Assembly: GCA_004431415.1 (NCBI GenBank)
Contig: QPMI01000514.1
Location: 372,001 to 436,000 of the forward strand
DNA: 64,000 nt
Direction of reading: 5' to 3'
DNA from: Cyanophora paradoxa CCMP329
Lineage: Eukaryota > Plantae > Glaucophyta
The notes below the pieces were generated by a model. The model saw nothing but the letters and a program-made list of their open reading frames with translations. It was not told the DNA's origin and did no database searches. Shown here piece by piece: positions 1 through 11,155 of the stretch (the first letter of the stretch is position 1; each line of letters opens with the position of its first letter). A program made the translations under genes and the position numbers.

Positions 1-3000
1 CGGCCCGCGCCCCCGCCGCGAGCGCCGCCGCCTTGCGCTTCTTGCCCCAGCCCTCGCGCGGACCCCCGGCGCCGCCCGCGCCGGCGACGGCGACTGCGGC
101 GGACCCGACGGCCGCGCGGACCGCCTCGACGGCCTCGCTCGAGGCGGTGAAGTAGCTCCGGGAGACGCCTGCGCGGAGGGGCGCGGCGCAGGCGTCAGGC
201 AAGCGGGTCGCCTTCGCTCGAGCAGGGGCGGGGCCGGGGCGGGCCGATGGGGACGAGGGGCCGGGCGAGGAGGGCGTCGAGGTCGGCGCGGAGGCGGGCG
301 AGCTCGCGCCCCTTCACCTCCCGCGCCCGCTGCTCCGCCAGCTCCTCGCTGCGCCCCGGGCCCGCCGTCACCCCCGCCCGCGCTCGAGCCGGCAGGCGGC
401 GCCGCCTCGCGCTCGTTAGGCCCGAGCGTGCGCCTCGCTTAGCTCGAGGCGCCGTCGGGGGCCGCCGGGGGCACGCTTAGGTCCAGGTCAAGGCTAAGCT
501 CGGCTTGAGCGGGGGCCGGGGGCGGGGGGCGGACATCTCGTCCTTGGGGCGGGCCTCCTCGTCCATCTCCGCCGCCTCCGCCCCGCGCTTGAACCACGCC
601 TCCTTCACGCGCCCCTGCCCGCGCCGCGCCCGATCAGATCAGATCAGGTCAGGTCAGGTCGCATCGGATTTCAGATGAGATCTGACCTTGCGGGAGCGGT
701 TGAGGGCGACGTCGAGGCGGCGGGCGAGGGCGAGGCGCTCGCGCAGCGCCGGCACGTACACCGCCTCCACCTCCAGGTCCGGCAGGCCCCCTGCCCTGCC
801 CCTGAGCACAGCGGCACAGCACAGGGGCGCGGCGCGGCGGGCGGCGCACGGCGGTCGAGGAACTTGAGAATGGACGCGAAGAAGGGCCGGTCGTCGGCGC
901 TGTGGCGGGGCGGGACGGGGGCCGACGTCACACGCCGGCGCGGGGCGGGGCGGGGCGGGGCGGCGGCTGGAGGGAGGGCGGCACCTGACGAGGGCGACGG
1001 AGGTGCCGGTGCGCATGGCGCGCGCCGTGCGCCCGCCCCGGTGCACGTACGTCTGCCGCGCGTTCCAGATCTCAGCAAGGCGGGGAGGGCGAGGGGGGCA
1101 GGGAAAGCGAGGCGACCTCGGGCGTGCGGGGCAGCTGGTAGTGCACCACGCTCCGGACCTGCGGCGCGCGCGTAAGGGCTCGGGATCGACTCCGGGCGGG
1201 TCGGGATCGTCGTGGGGACCTCGGGGATGTCGAGGCCGCGGGCGGCGACGTCGGTGGCGACGAGCACGGCGTTCTCCTCCTTGCCGAAGCGGTCCAGGCT
1301 CTTCAGGCGCTGCCGCTGCGTCCGCCCCGCGTCAGCGCCTTCACGCTGGCGGCGCGGGGCGGGGCGGGGGGCGGGCGCCTGCTGCATGGCGGCGTGGAGG
1401 CCCCAGGCCTTGACGCCGAGCAGCGTGAGGATGTTCACCAGCCTGGGGGAGAGGGGAGGAGGTGAGGGCGGGGGAGGGGGGCGGGGGAGGGGGCGGGGCG
1501 GGCCGCTTGACGGCGGTGACGGCGTTGACGAAGACGATGGTGCGGCCCCCGATGCGCTGCGCCACGTAGTACACGTACTGGTCCTGCGCCGGCGCGCGCC
1601 ACGGGGGCGGCGCGTGGGCGTGCGGAGGAGCGGGGAGATGCGAGGGGCGAGCGGACCTTGTCCTCCTTGGCGCACTCGACCTTGCGCTGGTCGAGGCCCG
1701 ACACGACCCGCTGCAGGCCCCGCCCCGGTCACGCCGGGGCAAGCGCGGGGCGGGACGGGGCGGGGGAGGGGGCGGGGGCGGCGGGCCTGGAGGGGCGTCA
1801 GGTCGACGATGCGCGGCTGCGAGCGGAACTCGATCTTGTCCAGCAGCTCGTCTGCCCCGCCCCGCCCCTCAGCGGCCCCGCAACGCGATTTCGCTCGACC
1901 GCGGCGCCGCACCGAGCTGCTTCTGGGTGGCCGTGCGCTCGTCGCTGGCCTTGCCGCCGCGCCTCGGCCTCTCCTCCTCCTCCTCGCCCTTCCTCCGCCG
2001 GAACTTGCGCGGGACGCACAGCGTCGCCTGCGCCCCGCGGCGTCAGCGACGCGCCTCGGGCCGCAGCGAACACCCGCCGGGGCGCGCCGAGAAGAGGAAC
2101 GTCTGCCGCTTCACGTCGCTCCGCTTCTCCGCCTCCGCTGCCGGCGCCCGCAGTCAGCCGCCCGGCCCGAGAGCCGGGAGCGGCGGAAGGAAGTGGGGGG
2201 GGGGGGGGGGGGGGGGGGAGCGGACCGCCGAGGCTCGTGAGGACCTTGACCTCCTCCTCCTCCCCGTCCTCCGCCGCCTCGGCCCGCGCCTTCTTGCGCC
2301 CCTTCCGCACCCCCGCCCCCGCCTCCTCCGCCGCGTCGTCCTCCTCCTCCTCCTCCTCCTCCTCATCCTCGCCCTCCTCCTCCTCATCCTCGCCCTCGTC
2401 GCCCTCCTCGTGACCATCCTCCTCCTCGTCCCCCTCCTGCTCTTCCTCCTCCTCATCTTCCGCCGCCGCCTCCTTCTCCTCGTCCTCCTCCTCCGCGTCC
2501 GCCTCCTGCTCCTCGTCCTCGTCGTCCTTCTCGTTGCCGCGGCGCTTGCCCTTCTTCCCGCCGCGCCGCGCCCGCTCGCGCTCGGCGGCCGCCTTCTCCC
2601 GCGCCGCCTTCCGCGCCTCCCGCTCCTCCTCCTGCGGATCCCCAATCGGACGGATCAGGCTGGATGCAGATGCAGTCGATGGCGTGTGGGCTGGGGCAAG
2701 AGAGGGGCTCGCCTCGCGGATCTGGCGCTCCTCCTCGTCGCGGCGCTCCTTCTCCTTGCGGCGGGCGTCGGGCCCGTCGGAGGGGTACGGGGGCGGCAGG
2801 GCGCGGAGGATGGCGGCGAGCTCGGCGAAGTGCCCGTGCTCCAGCATCCGGTCCGCCTGCGGTGCGGGCGAGCTCGGGAGCGGACGAAAGCGGGCCCTCG
2901 AGGGGGAGGCGATCAGATCTGACCTCGTCGAGGACGAGGAAGCGGAGCCTGTGGAGCTCCGTCAGGTGCTCCCGCCCCTGCGCCCCCGCCCCGCCCGTCG

Positions 3001-4705
3001 GCCCCGCGGCGCCCCGCCCCGCCGGCGGTGCGCCGCGCCGCACCGCGCTCATGAGCTCCCAGAGGCGCCCCGGAGTCGCCACGACGATCGCGGGGCGGCC
3101 CGCCAGCAGCCGCTCCTGCAAGGGGCTCAGCGCCGCCGGGCGGTGGGCGGCGCGGCCCCGCCCCGCTCGCTCGCCTGCTTCTGGACGGACATGCCTCCCA
3201 CGATCGCCACCGCCTGCGCACACGGGCTCGGAGAGTGCGCGGGACGGGGGAAGGGGCGCGAGGCGCACGCGGACGGGGGTGTAGCGGGCGGCCGAGTTGA
3301 CCTCGCGCGCGATTTGCAGCGCGAGCTCGCGCGTGGGGGAGAGCACGAGGGCCTGCGCCCGCTCAGCGCGGCTAGCTGGCGGCGCCGAGAGCCGGCGAGC
3401 GCTCACCTGCACGGGCCCCGACTCCTTCTCCTTCCCCGCGGCCGCCGCGTCCGCCTCGGCGGCCGCCGCCACCAGCGACTCCGTGTCCTTCAGCATCTCC
3501 TCGTCCACCGCCAGCGCCCCGCTCTGCGCGCCCATCGGACGCGCCCGGGGGGCGAGCCGAGGGGGGTACAGGCCCACCTGCAGGATCCGGTGCACGATCG
3601 GCAGCGCGAAGGCGAGGGTCTTGCCGGAGCCCTGTGGGCGGGACGGCCGTTAGCTGACCGACAGGCAGGCAGGCCCGGGGTACAGGGCCGCTGGGGGGTA
3701 CGGCACCGTCTCGGCGGCCCCGACGAGGTCCTTCCAGTCGCGGACGGCGTGCGGTAGCGATTCGCTCTGCGCGCCGCTGAGCGGAGGCCGGAGCGCTGGG
3801 GAAGGGCGGCGGGCGCCTGGATCGGGGTCGGGCGCTGGAAGCCCATGGCGCGGAGGCCGCGGAGGAGGAGCGGGTGCAGGCCGAAGGCGGCCCACGCGCT
3901 CACGTCCAGGTCTGCGCGCGGGACACGCCGACGCCGGTTCAGCCGAAGCGCGCGGGGGCGGGGCCCAGGCGCGGTGCGCGCACCGGCGTGCGGCTCCGGC
4001 TTCGCAGGCTTCGCGGCCTCGGCGGCCTCGGCCTCGGCGGAGGCGGCCGCCTTCGCGGCCGCGCGCTCCTCCTTCTTCTTCTTAATCTTCTCCTTCCGCT
4101 TCTCCTTGCGCCGCTCCTTCTCCTGCTGCTTGCGCCGCTCCTTGCGCGAGAGCGGCTTCGCCGCGCCGCCCTCCCCCTCCCCCTCGCCCTCCGCCGCGCC
4201 CTCCTCCGATCCGCCGTCCTCCGCGCCGCTCCCCTCCACTATGTCCTCGTCGCCAGCCGGCTCCAGCTGCGGCCGCCGGCGGCGTCGGCGGCGCGGGGCG
4301 GCACGGGGCAGCGCTAGCACGGGCGTACGTCCTGCTCGGCCGGCTCCGCGTCGCTCAGTACAGCGTCCTCGAGCTCCTCCTCCTCCTGCCGCTTGCCCTT
4401 CTTCTGCTTCTTGGCCTGCTGCTTCGCGCCCCGCTTCTTGTCGATCGCGGAACCGAGCTGCGCGGCGCGGGGCGCGGGGTGAGCCGCGAGCGCTGCCCCA
4501 GCGAGGTCGAGGCTGCGCGCACGTCGTCTGCGTCCACGGCGATGTCCTCCGCCTTGAGCTCGCCGAGCGCCGCGACTTCGGTCTCGGGGAGCTCTTCGAT
4601 CGACAGGAGCCCGCCGAGGCCCTCATCGTCGCCATAGATCATAGCCGGATTCAGCGACACCGGCTTCCATGCCGCCTCGTCGAAGCCGCCCCGCTTCCGG
4701 CCCAT
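1..4705 (-). CDS. DDX24: DEAD-box RNA helicase, DDX24/MAK5-like (multi-exon, 3' end beyond window)
   Basis: Exon pieces give GFQRPTPIQ (Q motif), AETGSGKTLAF, SPTRELA, ATPGRL, LVLDEADRMLEHGHF, QTFLFSA, QRQRLKSLDRF, ATDVAARGLDIP and HRGGRTAR, plus acidic inserts. Start MGRKRGG at 4705. Confidence 0.85.
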
Positions 4706-4749
4706 CTTAAGCCGGGTACACTGTTCGCGGGCGGGATCGTTTGCCGAGG

Positions 4750-7017
4750 ATGGCGTTCTCAGTTCCGGCGGCCGGCTCGATCGGCCAGATTGCATCGTCG
4801 GCTGCGGTCGCGGCGCCGGCCTCCCCCGCCTGTGCGCGCGCTCCCGGCTATCTCCCGCCCTGCCTCGCTGACGGCGCCCCGCCCGCGCACACCGTTTCCC
4901 CGCGGCATCCCGCAGCTTGCTCGGCGGTCCGTCCCAGCACCTCCCGTCGGGAGATCCCCGGCAAGCTCCGCCGTGAATCTGTCGGCTTCTCGTCCAGCGA
5001 GGCTTTGGGCAGCCGCAAGGTCGTTTTCGCCGCCGAGAGCCGGGCTTCGACGCGCCGGATACGCGCTGTGCCGGAGGCGACATTCCGCCCTGTTGATGGC
5101 GTGAGCAAGCATGCCCGCGCGAAGACCGCCGAGCAGGAGGAGCGCCTCTCGGTGTACCACAACCTGCAGGGTGCGATGGCAGCCATTAGCTGACGCTCCG
5201 CATACTGAGCGAGCCGCCCCGCGCGCAGCCGCCGCGGGCAAGTCGTCCCACGACCCGGCGCCCCGCAAGGAGCTGCGCATCGCCCTCCCCAGCAAGGGCC
5301 GCATGGCTGAGGACACTCTCGGCTTCCTTTCCGATTGCGGCGTGGGCGTCAAGCGCACCAACCCCCGCGCCTACCAGGCGACGATCAAGCACCTGCAGCC
5401 GAACCTGCAGGTGCGCTCCGCGGCCTTCCCCCGCGCCCGATCGATGCTTGATGGCCTCTCGCTGTCAAAGCTTTAGCTATGGGCGCCGCCGCTTTCCTTT
5501 TCGGCGGAGGCCGTCTCGCTGACCGGGGCCCGTCAGGTCTGGTTCCAGCGCGCGACCGACATTGTCCGCAAGGTGATGGACGGCGACGTCGACTTCGGCA
5601 TGGTCGGGTGCGCGCCGTCGATCGCCTATCGCCGATCGCTCGCCCTGCCGCGCGTATCCGCCGACTGGGGCGACGCGCCGCCGCGCGTCCAGGTACGATC
5701 TGATTGCCGAGGAAGCGTTCGGCTCGGAGGAGGTCGTTATCATTCACGACGCGCTCGGCTACGGCCAGGTCCGCGCCCCGCGCCGGCCCGCAGCTGCCGC
5801 GCCGCCGACCGGCCGCCGCCGTGCCGCGCGCAGTGCCACCTCGGCATCGCCGTCCCGACTGCCTGGGCCGATGTTAACTCGATCGAGGACCTCGCGCGGC
5901 TCGCTCGCGAGCGGAGTGCGCGCGCCGCCCGCCCCGAGCCGCCCCGCCCCTGCCTGACCGGAGCTCTGTTTCGCAGGCCCCGACCAGCCGCTCCGCGTCG
6001 TCTCCAAGTACCACGCGAACACCAAGAAGTTCTTCGACGACAACGTCCGCGGCCCGAATCCCCGCGCGGGCGTTTCCTTCCTTGCTTGCTGAGTGGCCGC
6101 GCAGGGCATCACGCCCTACCGCCTGGTGTACGCCGACGGCGCCCTGGAGGCCAACCCCCACATGGGCTGCGCTGACATCATCGTCGACCTCGTGCGGACC
6201 CGTCTCTTCGGTTTCGGCGTCCCCCGCCCCGCCTGACGCGCCGGCCCGCCCCGCCCCCGCAGGTCAGCACAGGCCAGACCCTCCGCGAGAACCAGCTCAA
6301 GGAGATCAAGGGCGGCACCATGATCACCTCCGGTGCCTTTTCCTTGCTCCTTCTGCCACTCTTCCTCCTGCTCCTCACGCATCCCGCCAGAGTCCTGCTT
6401 CATCGCGAACCGGACGGCGCTCCTGTCCCGTCCGGAGGCCCTCTCCATCTGCCACGAGGTCGGCTCTCTTTCCTTCTCGACCTCTCGCGCGTGCGGGCTG
6501 ACCGGCCCGCTCCTTCCGCCGCAGATGCTGGAGCGGTTCGAGGCGCACCTGCGCGCCCAGGGCCAGTACGTCCTCGACGCCAACATCAAGGCCAAGGACG
6601 AGGCCGCCGCCGCCGCCAAGGTCCTCACTTCTTGCTGCTTCCTCTTCCTCGCCTTCGCTGCTCCTTTCGTTGACCCTCTTCGGCGCAGCTGTTCACGCAG
6701 CCGGACCTGGGCGGCCTGGCGGGCCCGACCATCGCCCGCGTCTTCCCGCGCGCCGAGAGCGCGGAGGAGGAGGTGACGTTCGCCGTCTCCGTCTGCGTGC
6801 CCCAGGAGCGCCTCTACTCCGCCATCCGCCAGATGCGCGCCGTCGGTCCGTCCGTCCGAACGAGATTTCGAGGGATTCGACCCCGCATTTGATCGCGTTT
6901 CTCATCCGCGCGTTTCTCGCCGCAGGCGGCACGGGCGTCCTGGTCAAGCCCGTGACGTACATCTTCGAGGACGAGCCGCAACGGTGGACCGACCTGCTCG
7001 CCAAGCTCGGCCTGTAA
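4750..7017 (+). CDS. hisG: ATP phosphoribosyltransferase (long form, plant/algal type) with N-terminal putative plastid transit peptide; multi-exon
   Basis: LRIALPSKGRMAEDTL, WFQRATDIVRKV, DALGYGQCHLGIAVP, ADGALEA, DIIVDLVSTGQTLRENQLK and a C-terminal GGTGVLV..VTYIF. The N-terminus is Ser/Ala/Arg-rich and begins MAF. Confidence 0.93.
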
Positions 7018-7102
7018 CTCGCTTGTCACGTCCCGTTCGCTCGTAATCGTATTCCATACTGCCGCAACTAGCACTGCAACTTCGGGGGCGTGCGCGGCCA
7101 GA

Positions 7103-7845
7103 CTAGACTTGGTGGGGCGCCGGGTCGCTCTTTCTCCGTAGCTCCTCGACGAGCTCGTCCACCGTTATGAACCAGGGCCAGCCCTGCGAGAACCGCATCC
7201 TCTGGGCGGTCCGGTTTCAGGGAAGGCGCTACGGCGGCGGGAGCGGGCGGGGAAGGGTAGCCTAGTAGGCCACCTGGTAGGGGTTATGGAAGGGGAGGGC
7301 GATCGCGTGAAGGTGCAGGTGGTCGATCGAGCGCCAGCCGAACTTGTGGAAGCCAGTGCTGGGGAAGGGGCCTCGTGTCGGGGGGCGGGCGGGCGCCAGG
7401 CGGAGCCGCAAAGCTTGCAGGCGCACCGGACGGTGCCGGAAGGGGATCCCTCCGCGGCGAGCTTGCGCCCCAATTCGTCCATCCGCCGCAAGAGCCCTAT
7501 GTGCGAGGCCTGCATGTCCTCCTCCCCGTCTGCGCGGGGCGCGCCCGACCGCTGAGAGCGCGGCGGCCGCAGCGGCGAGTGCGCTCGCCCGGATCTCAGA
7601 GTCTGATGCGCGTGCGAACCGATGTGCTCCAGCGGGCAGACCAGCAGGTGCCGCGGGGAGGCGGCGGTCCGGGCCTCGAAGACGACCAGCTCGTGGTCTC
7701 GGAACAGCTCTCTTCGGCCGCTGCTCGCGAGGGTGATGTCGAGCTGATCGGGGCAAAAGATGCACGTATCGCGGTTCCGCTTGCGCCTGTTAGCCAGCGA
7801 CACACGCACGCCCTGGCACAGGTTGAGGCACGCCAGGCACGCCAT
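7103..7845 (-). CDS. HIT-family nucleotide hydrolase (HINT3/HINT4-like); multi-exon
   Basis: CIFC motif, HLLVCPLEHI and GFH..SIDHLHLH histidine triad. Last exon PWFITVDEL... ends at TAG 7103. Confidence 0.85.
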
Positions 7846-8382
7846 GCTGATCGCGGCGAAGCGCAGAACTGTCCGCGCTGTGGGCAGTGGAAACAACTGA
7901 AACTGAGCTCGCGCCAGCTTGCCTCGACTAATACGCGGAGAGATAGCCTAAGGTGGCTTAGGTGTCTCACCCAAACCGCTGCCTGAAACCGCTGCCTGAA
8001 ACCGCTGCCGGGCGATGTGGGCGCGCGCGGCGGCTGGATCGGAATACGAATCACGACTGCGAGGCTAGGCCGTTGGACTCGCGGCTGGACCGCTGCAAAG
8101 CGGAGAAGCAGTGGCGGGGTGCGCGGGCCAGCGGTGCTAGCTTGCTGCTTCGCTTAGCGCGATGCTGAAAACTGAGCTGCAGCGTCGCTAGCGCCCTCGG
8201 AGCTGGACGAGAGTCAGAGAGTCTTCCAGTCTTTGCCGGGGGGGGTAGCACACCAATTCCTCAACAGCGCAGCGCGCAGCTGCAGCAAGCAGGCAAGCCG
8301 ATCTCAAGCAAGCGAGTGACGCATTTTATTGCTGCGAGGATCTAGATCACCGCCGGCAAGCGAGGAGCGCGGCGGGCCCGGT

Positions 8383-10614
8383 ATGGAGCAACTCTCCATT
8401 GGGAGGCTCGCCAAGGCCGTGCGGGACGAGGAGATGAGCCTGTTCGCGCGGCTCGCCTCGATCGAGGCCGACGCGCTTTTCGTCGACCACGTACGGGTTT
8501 TCTACGGCTTCCCGCTGTTCGCGAACAAGCGCGCCGGTGTCTGGTACTGCAAGCAGGCGGACGGGACTGCGTATTTCAAGGTGTTCGAGCGTTTCGACGC
8601 CGGGCGCATCGCCTGCAGCGCTTGGTATGGCTGACCCTGTCGACGTCGGCCCTCGCTCACAGAGCACAGACGGGCACGTCGGGAGCGTCTCGCTGAGCCT
8701 CACGCGCATCAACCTTCACGTCGTGATCGCCGCCGCGGAGCGAGGCGGAGTCGTCATCGCCGACAGCACGCGGCGCGGCAAGCGCTTCCCTGACTCGTGC
8801 GCCCCCGCCCGCCGGCGAGGCGGTGTGCGGGCGCGTATGCATTCGCACGCGTCCGCCGAGCGCGCTCGCGCGCGCAGGCTGCGCGCGACGGTACCGGTGT
8901 GGGCGGCGGCTGTGAACCGCGTCGTGGGGAGGCTCCGGCGGGCGGCGGGGCGCGAGGAGGGGCCCTGGGACGACGCGCTGCACTTGCCGCCGTGGGTCCC
9001 GCCCTCCGAAGCCGATGAGCTTTCCCGCCGCATCGACGGCTGGGCCGACGCGCTCCAGGTGGGCCCCCGCCCGGCCCCTCCCACGCATTTGAACCAACTG
9101 TATGGATCTTACTCTCCCTTTTCTTGCGCAGGGTACGCGCGTCGACTTCTCGCGGGCGGCAGAGGGCCTCCGGAAGCCGCTGCGGTGCATTTGGGTAGCG
9201 CCCGACGCCGGCTCGGATTTCTCCGGACGAGGACCCGATCCCGAGGCGCTTGAATGTACCCCCGTCGTTTGCGTGAGCGCCTCCCGCGTGCTCGGCGACT
9301 CGAGGGCCCGGATGGCGAGCTCCTACCAGTACCCCTCTCCTCCCATCTCGCGTCCAACCCAGTACCCCCTGCTGCAGGTCACGCCGGAGGGGTACGGCTT
9401 CACGTACGTGCAGGGGGCCGGGGACGATGAGGAGAACTGGTCGCTGGTTCGAATCCCGCCCCGGTCTCTAGTCGCTTCGACCGCGGAACGCCCTGACAGC
9501 CAACCCCCTCCCGCAGGGCCTCACCGCCCCGCTCTTCTGGAGGCGCAGGAACGAGCTCTTGTCCGACGGACCCGCCGGCTGCGAGGAACGTACCGCGCAG
9601 GTACGGAATCCTCCCCCCCCCCCCCCCCCCCCCCCTAATGGCGCTCCTCCTCAGGTCCTCACGCGCGAGGCGGCGGAGCCGTCCTGGTCCGGGGCGGCGC
9701 ACCCGCCCGCCGGCCCCTCCGCCTCCGCCTCCGCCGCCTCCCGCCTCTGCGCCATCGGCTCCACCGGCCTTGTCCTGGCCCCCGCCGCCGCCGCCGCCGC
9801 CCTCGCCTCCGACCCCCCCGCCCTCTCTTCGTTCGCCGGCGTCGTCAACCTCGGCGCCTTCCCGCACCCCCTCTACCCCCACACGCCCCACCCCGACCCG
9901 GGCCCCGAGGAGGGCGTTGGTACCCCCCCGGGGTCGCTCCCCGCTCTGTCCGGCGACCAGATCTACCTACCCCTTCCCCACGACGACAAGAAGGACCGGC
10001 ACTCGCTGGAGAACGCTCTCCCCGCCCTGATCGACTTCGCGTGGCGGCGGCTCGCGCGAGGCGGGCGGCTCATCCTCTTCTCTCCCGACGAGGGCGCCGC
10101 CGTCTGCTCGGCCGCCGCCCTCCTCCTCGCCTGCTTCGACTTCGAGTGAGACCGTTGAATATTTGGATCCCTGCGCTCCTCACAGCCCATTGTGACGGTG
10201 AACAGGTACTCCCCCCTTCCCTACGGCGGCCTCGAATCCCTGTACGCCCGCATCCCGATCCCAGGGGGAAAGGCCGAGGTTCGTACCCGTACCCGTATCC
10301 CTTTTTATTCCCGTCCTCGTCCCTCAGATGCTCACCTGGGTCGCGCGCCTCTTGCCTCAGGTGCGCCGGCGGCTCGTGCACGTCTCATCTTTCCTTCCGG
10401 AGGCCAACCCACCCAAGGCCCTCGCCCTCCAGGTGCATGCTCTAGCTGCAGGCTGAAATTCAAATCTCCGAATTCTCCCCCTCGAACCGACCCCGGTCAT
10501 GATCAGGTGAACCGGTTCTTCCTGACCCCGCGGGAGCTTGCGAAGACTTGCCACGCGCTCCCCGCCCTCGAGCCGGCCCCGGCGCCGTCCGCGGTGCCCA
10601 ATATTAATGAATAG
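8383..10614 (+). CDS. RIT1: Initiator tRNA A64 2'-O-ribosylphosphate transferase; multi-exon
   Basis: ANKRAGVWY, YFKSTDGH, DSTRRGKRFPDS, YVQGAGDDEENWS and terminal VNRFF are RIT1 family motifs. Confidence 0.9.
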
Positions 10615-11155
10615 CGGCATATATATCTCCGTTGCCGATCAGATCGGGCCGGGGCTGGGGCCGCGCGCGCTGGCGCGGCGCCGGCGCTGGCCGGGGCCGG
10701 GGCGGACCCATGCTAGCACTCGCAATATATAAACGTACGCGTTGCGGCCAAAAAGCTGGCAGCTAGCTATAGCGCTGCAGCGCTAGCAGCCTGTTGCAGT
10801 CGTTGGCCGGGTACAGCCTCCACTAAAAAATTCCCGATAGCGTACCCCAAGCTCGCAGCTACACGGTCTACACCCTGCAAAGCACCCTGCAGCAGCACCC
10901 TGTCAACGTAGCAAGCGCAGCGCATGCGGGAGACCCTGGCCTAGCTGCCTGCAACCGCCCAGGCGGGCAAGATGGAGGGCGCCGGGCGCAGCGACGCGCC
11001 TCGGCCGCTGGTTGCAGACAATGAGAACGAGGTCGCAACGGGCAACTTCTGGGTGCGCCTGGCGCTCTACTGTCCCAATAGCTAAGGCTGGCCTCTTGGC
11101 GCCGCATTTGAAGCTCGCTCGCACACAAGCCAGCTGCGCGTGCCGTCGTGCCAGC

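Noticed and set aside
410-690. GCTTAG and (GATCA/GGTCA)n short repeats
   Set aside because: Low-complexity sequence that appears to lie in DDX24 introns, with no further structure.
2195-2218. Long G/C homopolymers (also about 9613, 13310, 26867)
   Set aside because: Intronic low-complexity tracts whose length is unreliable.
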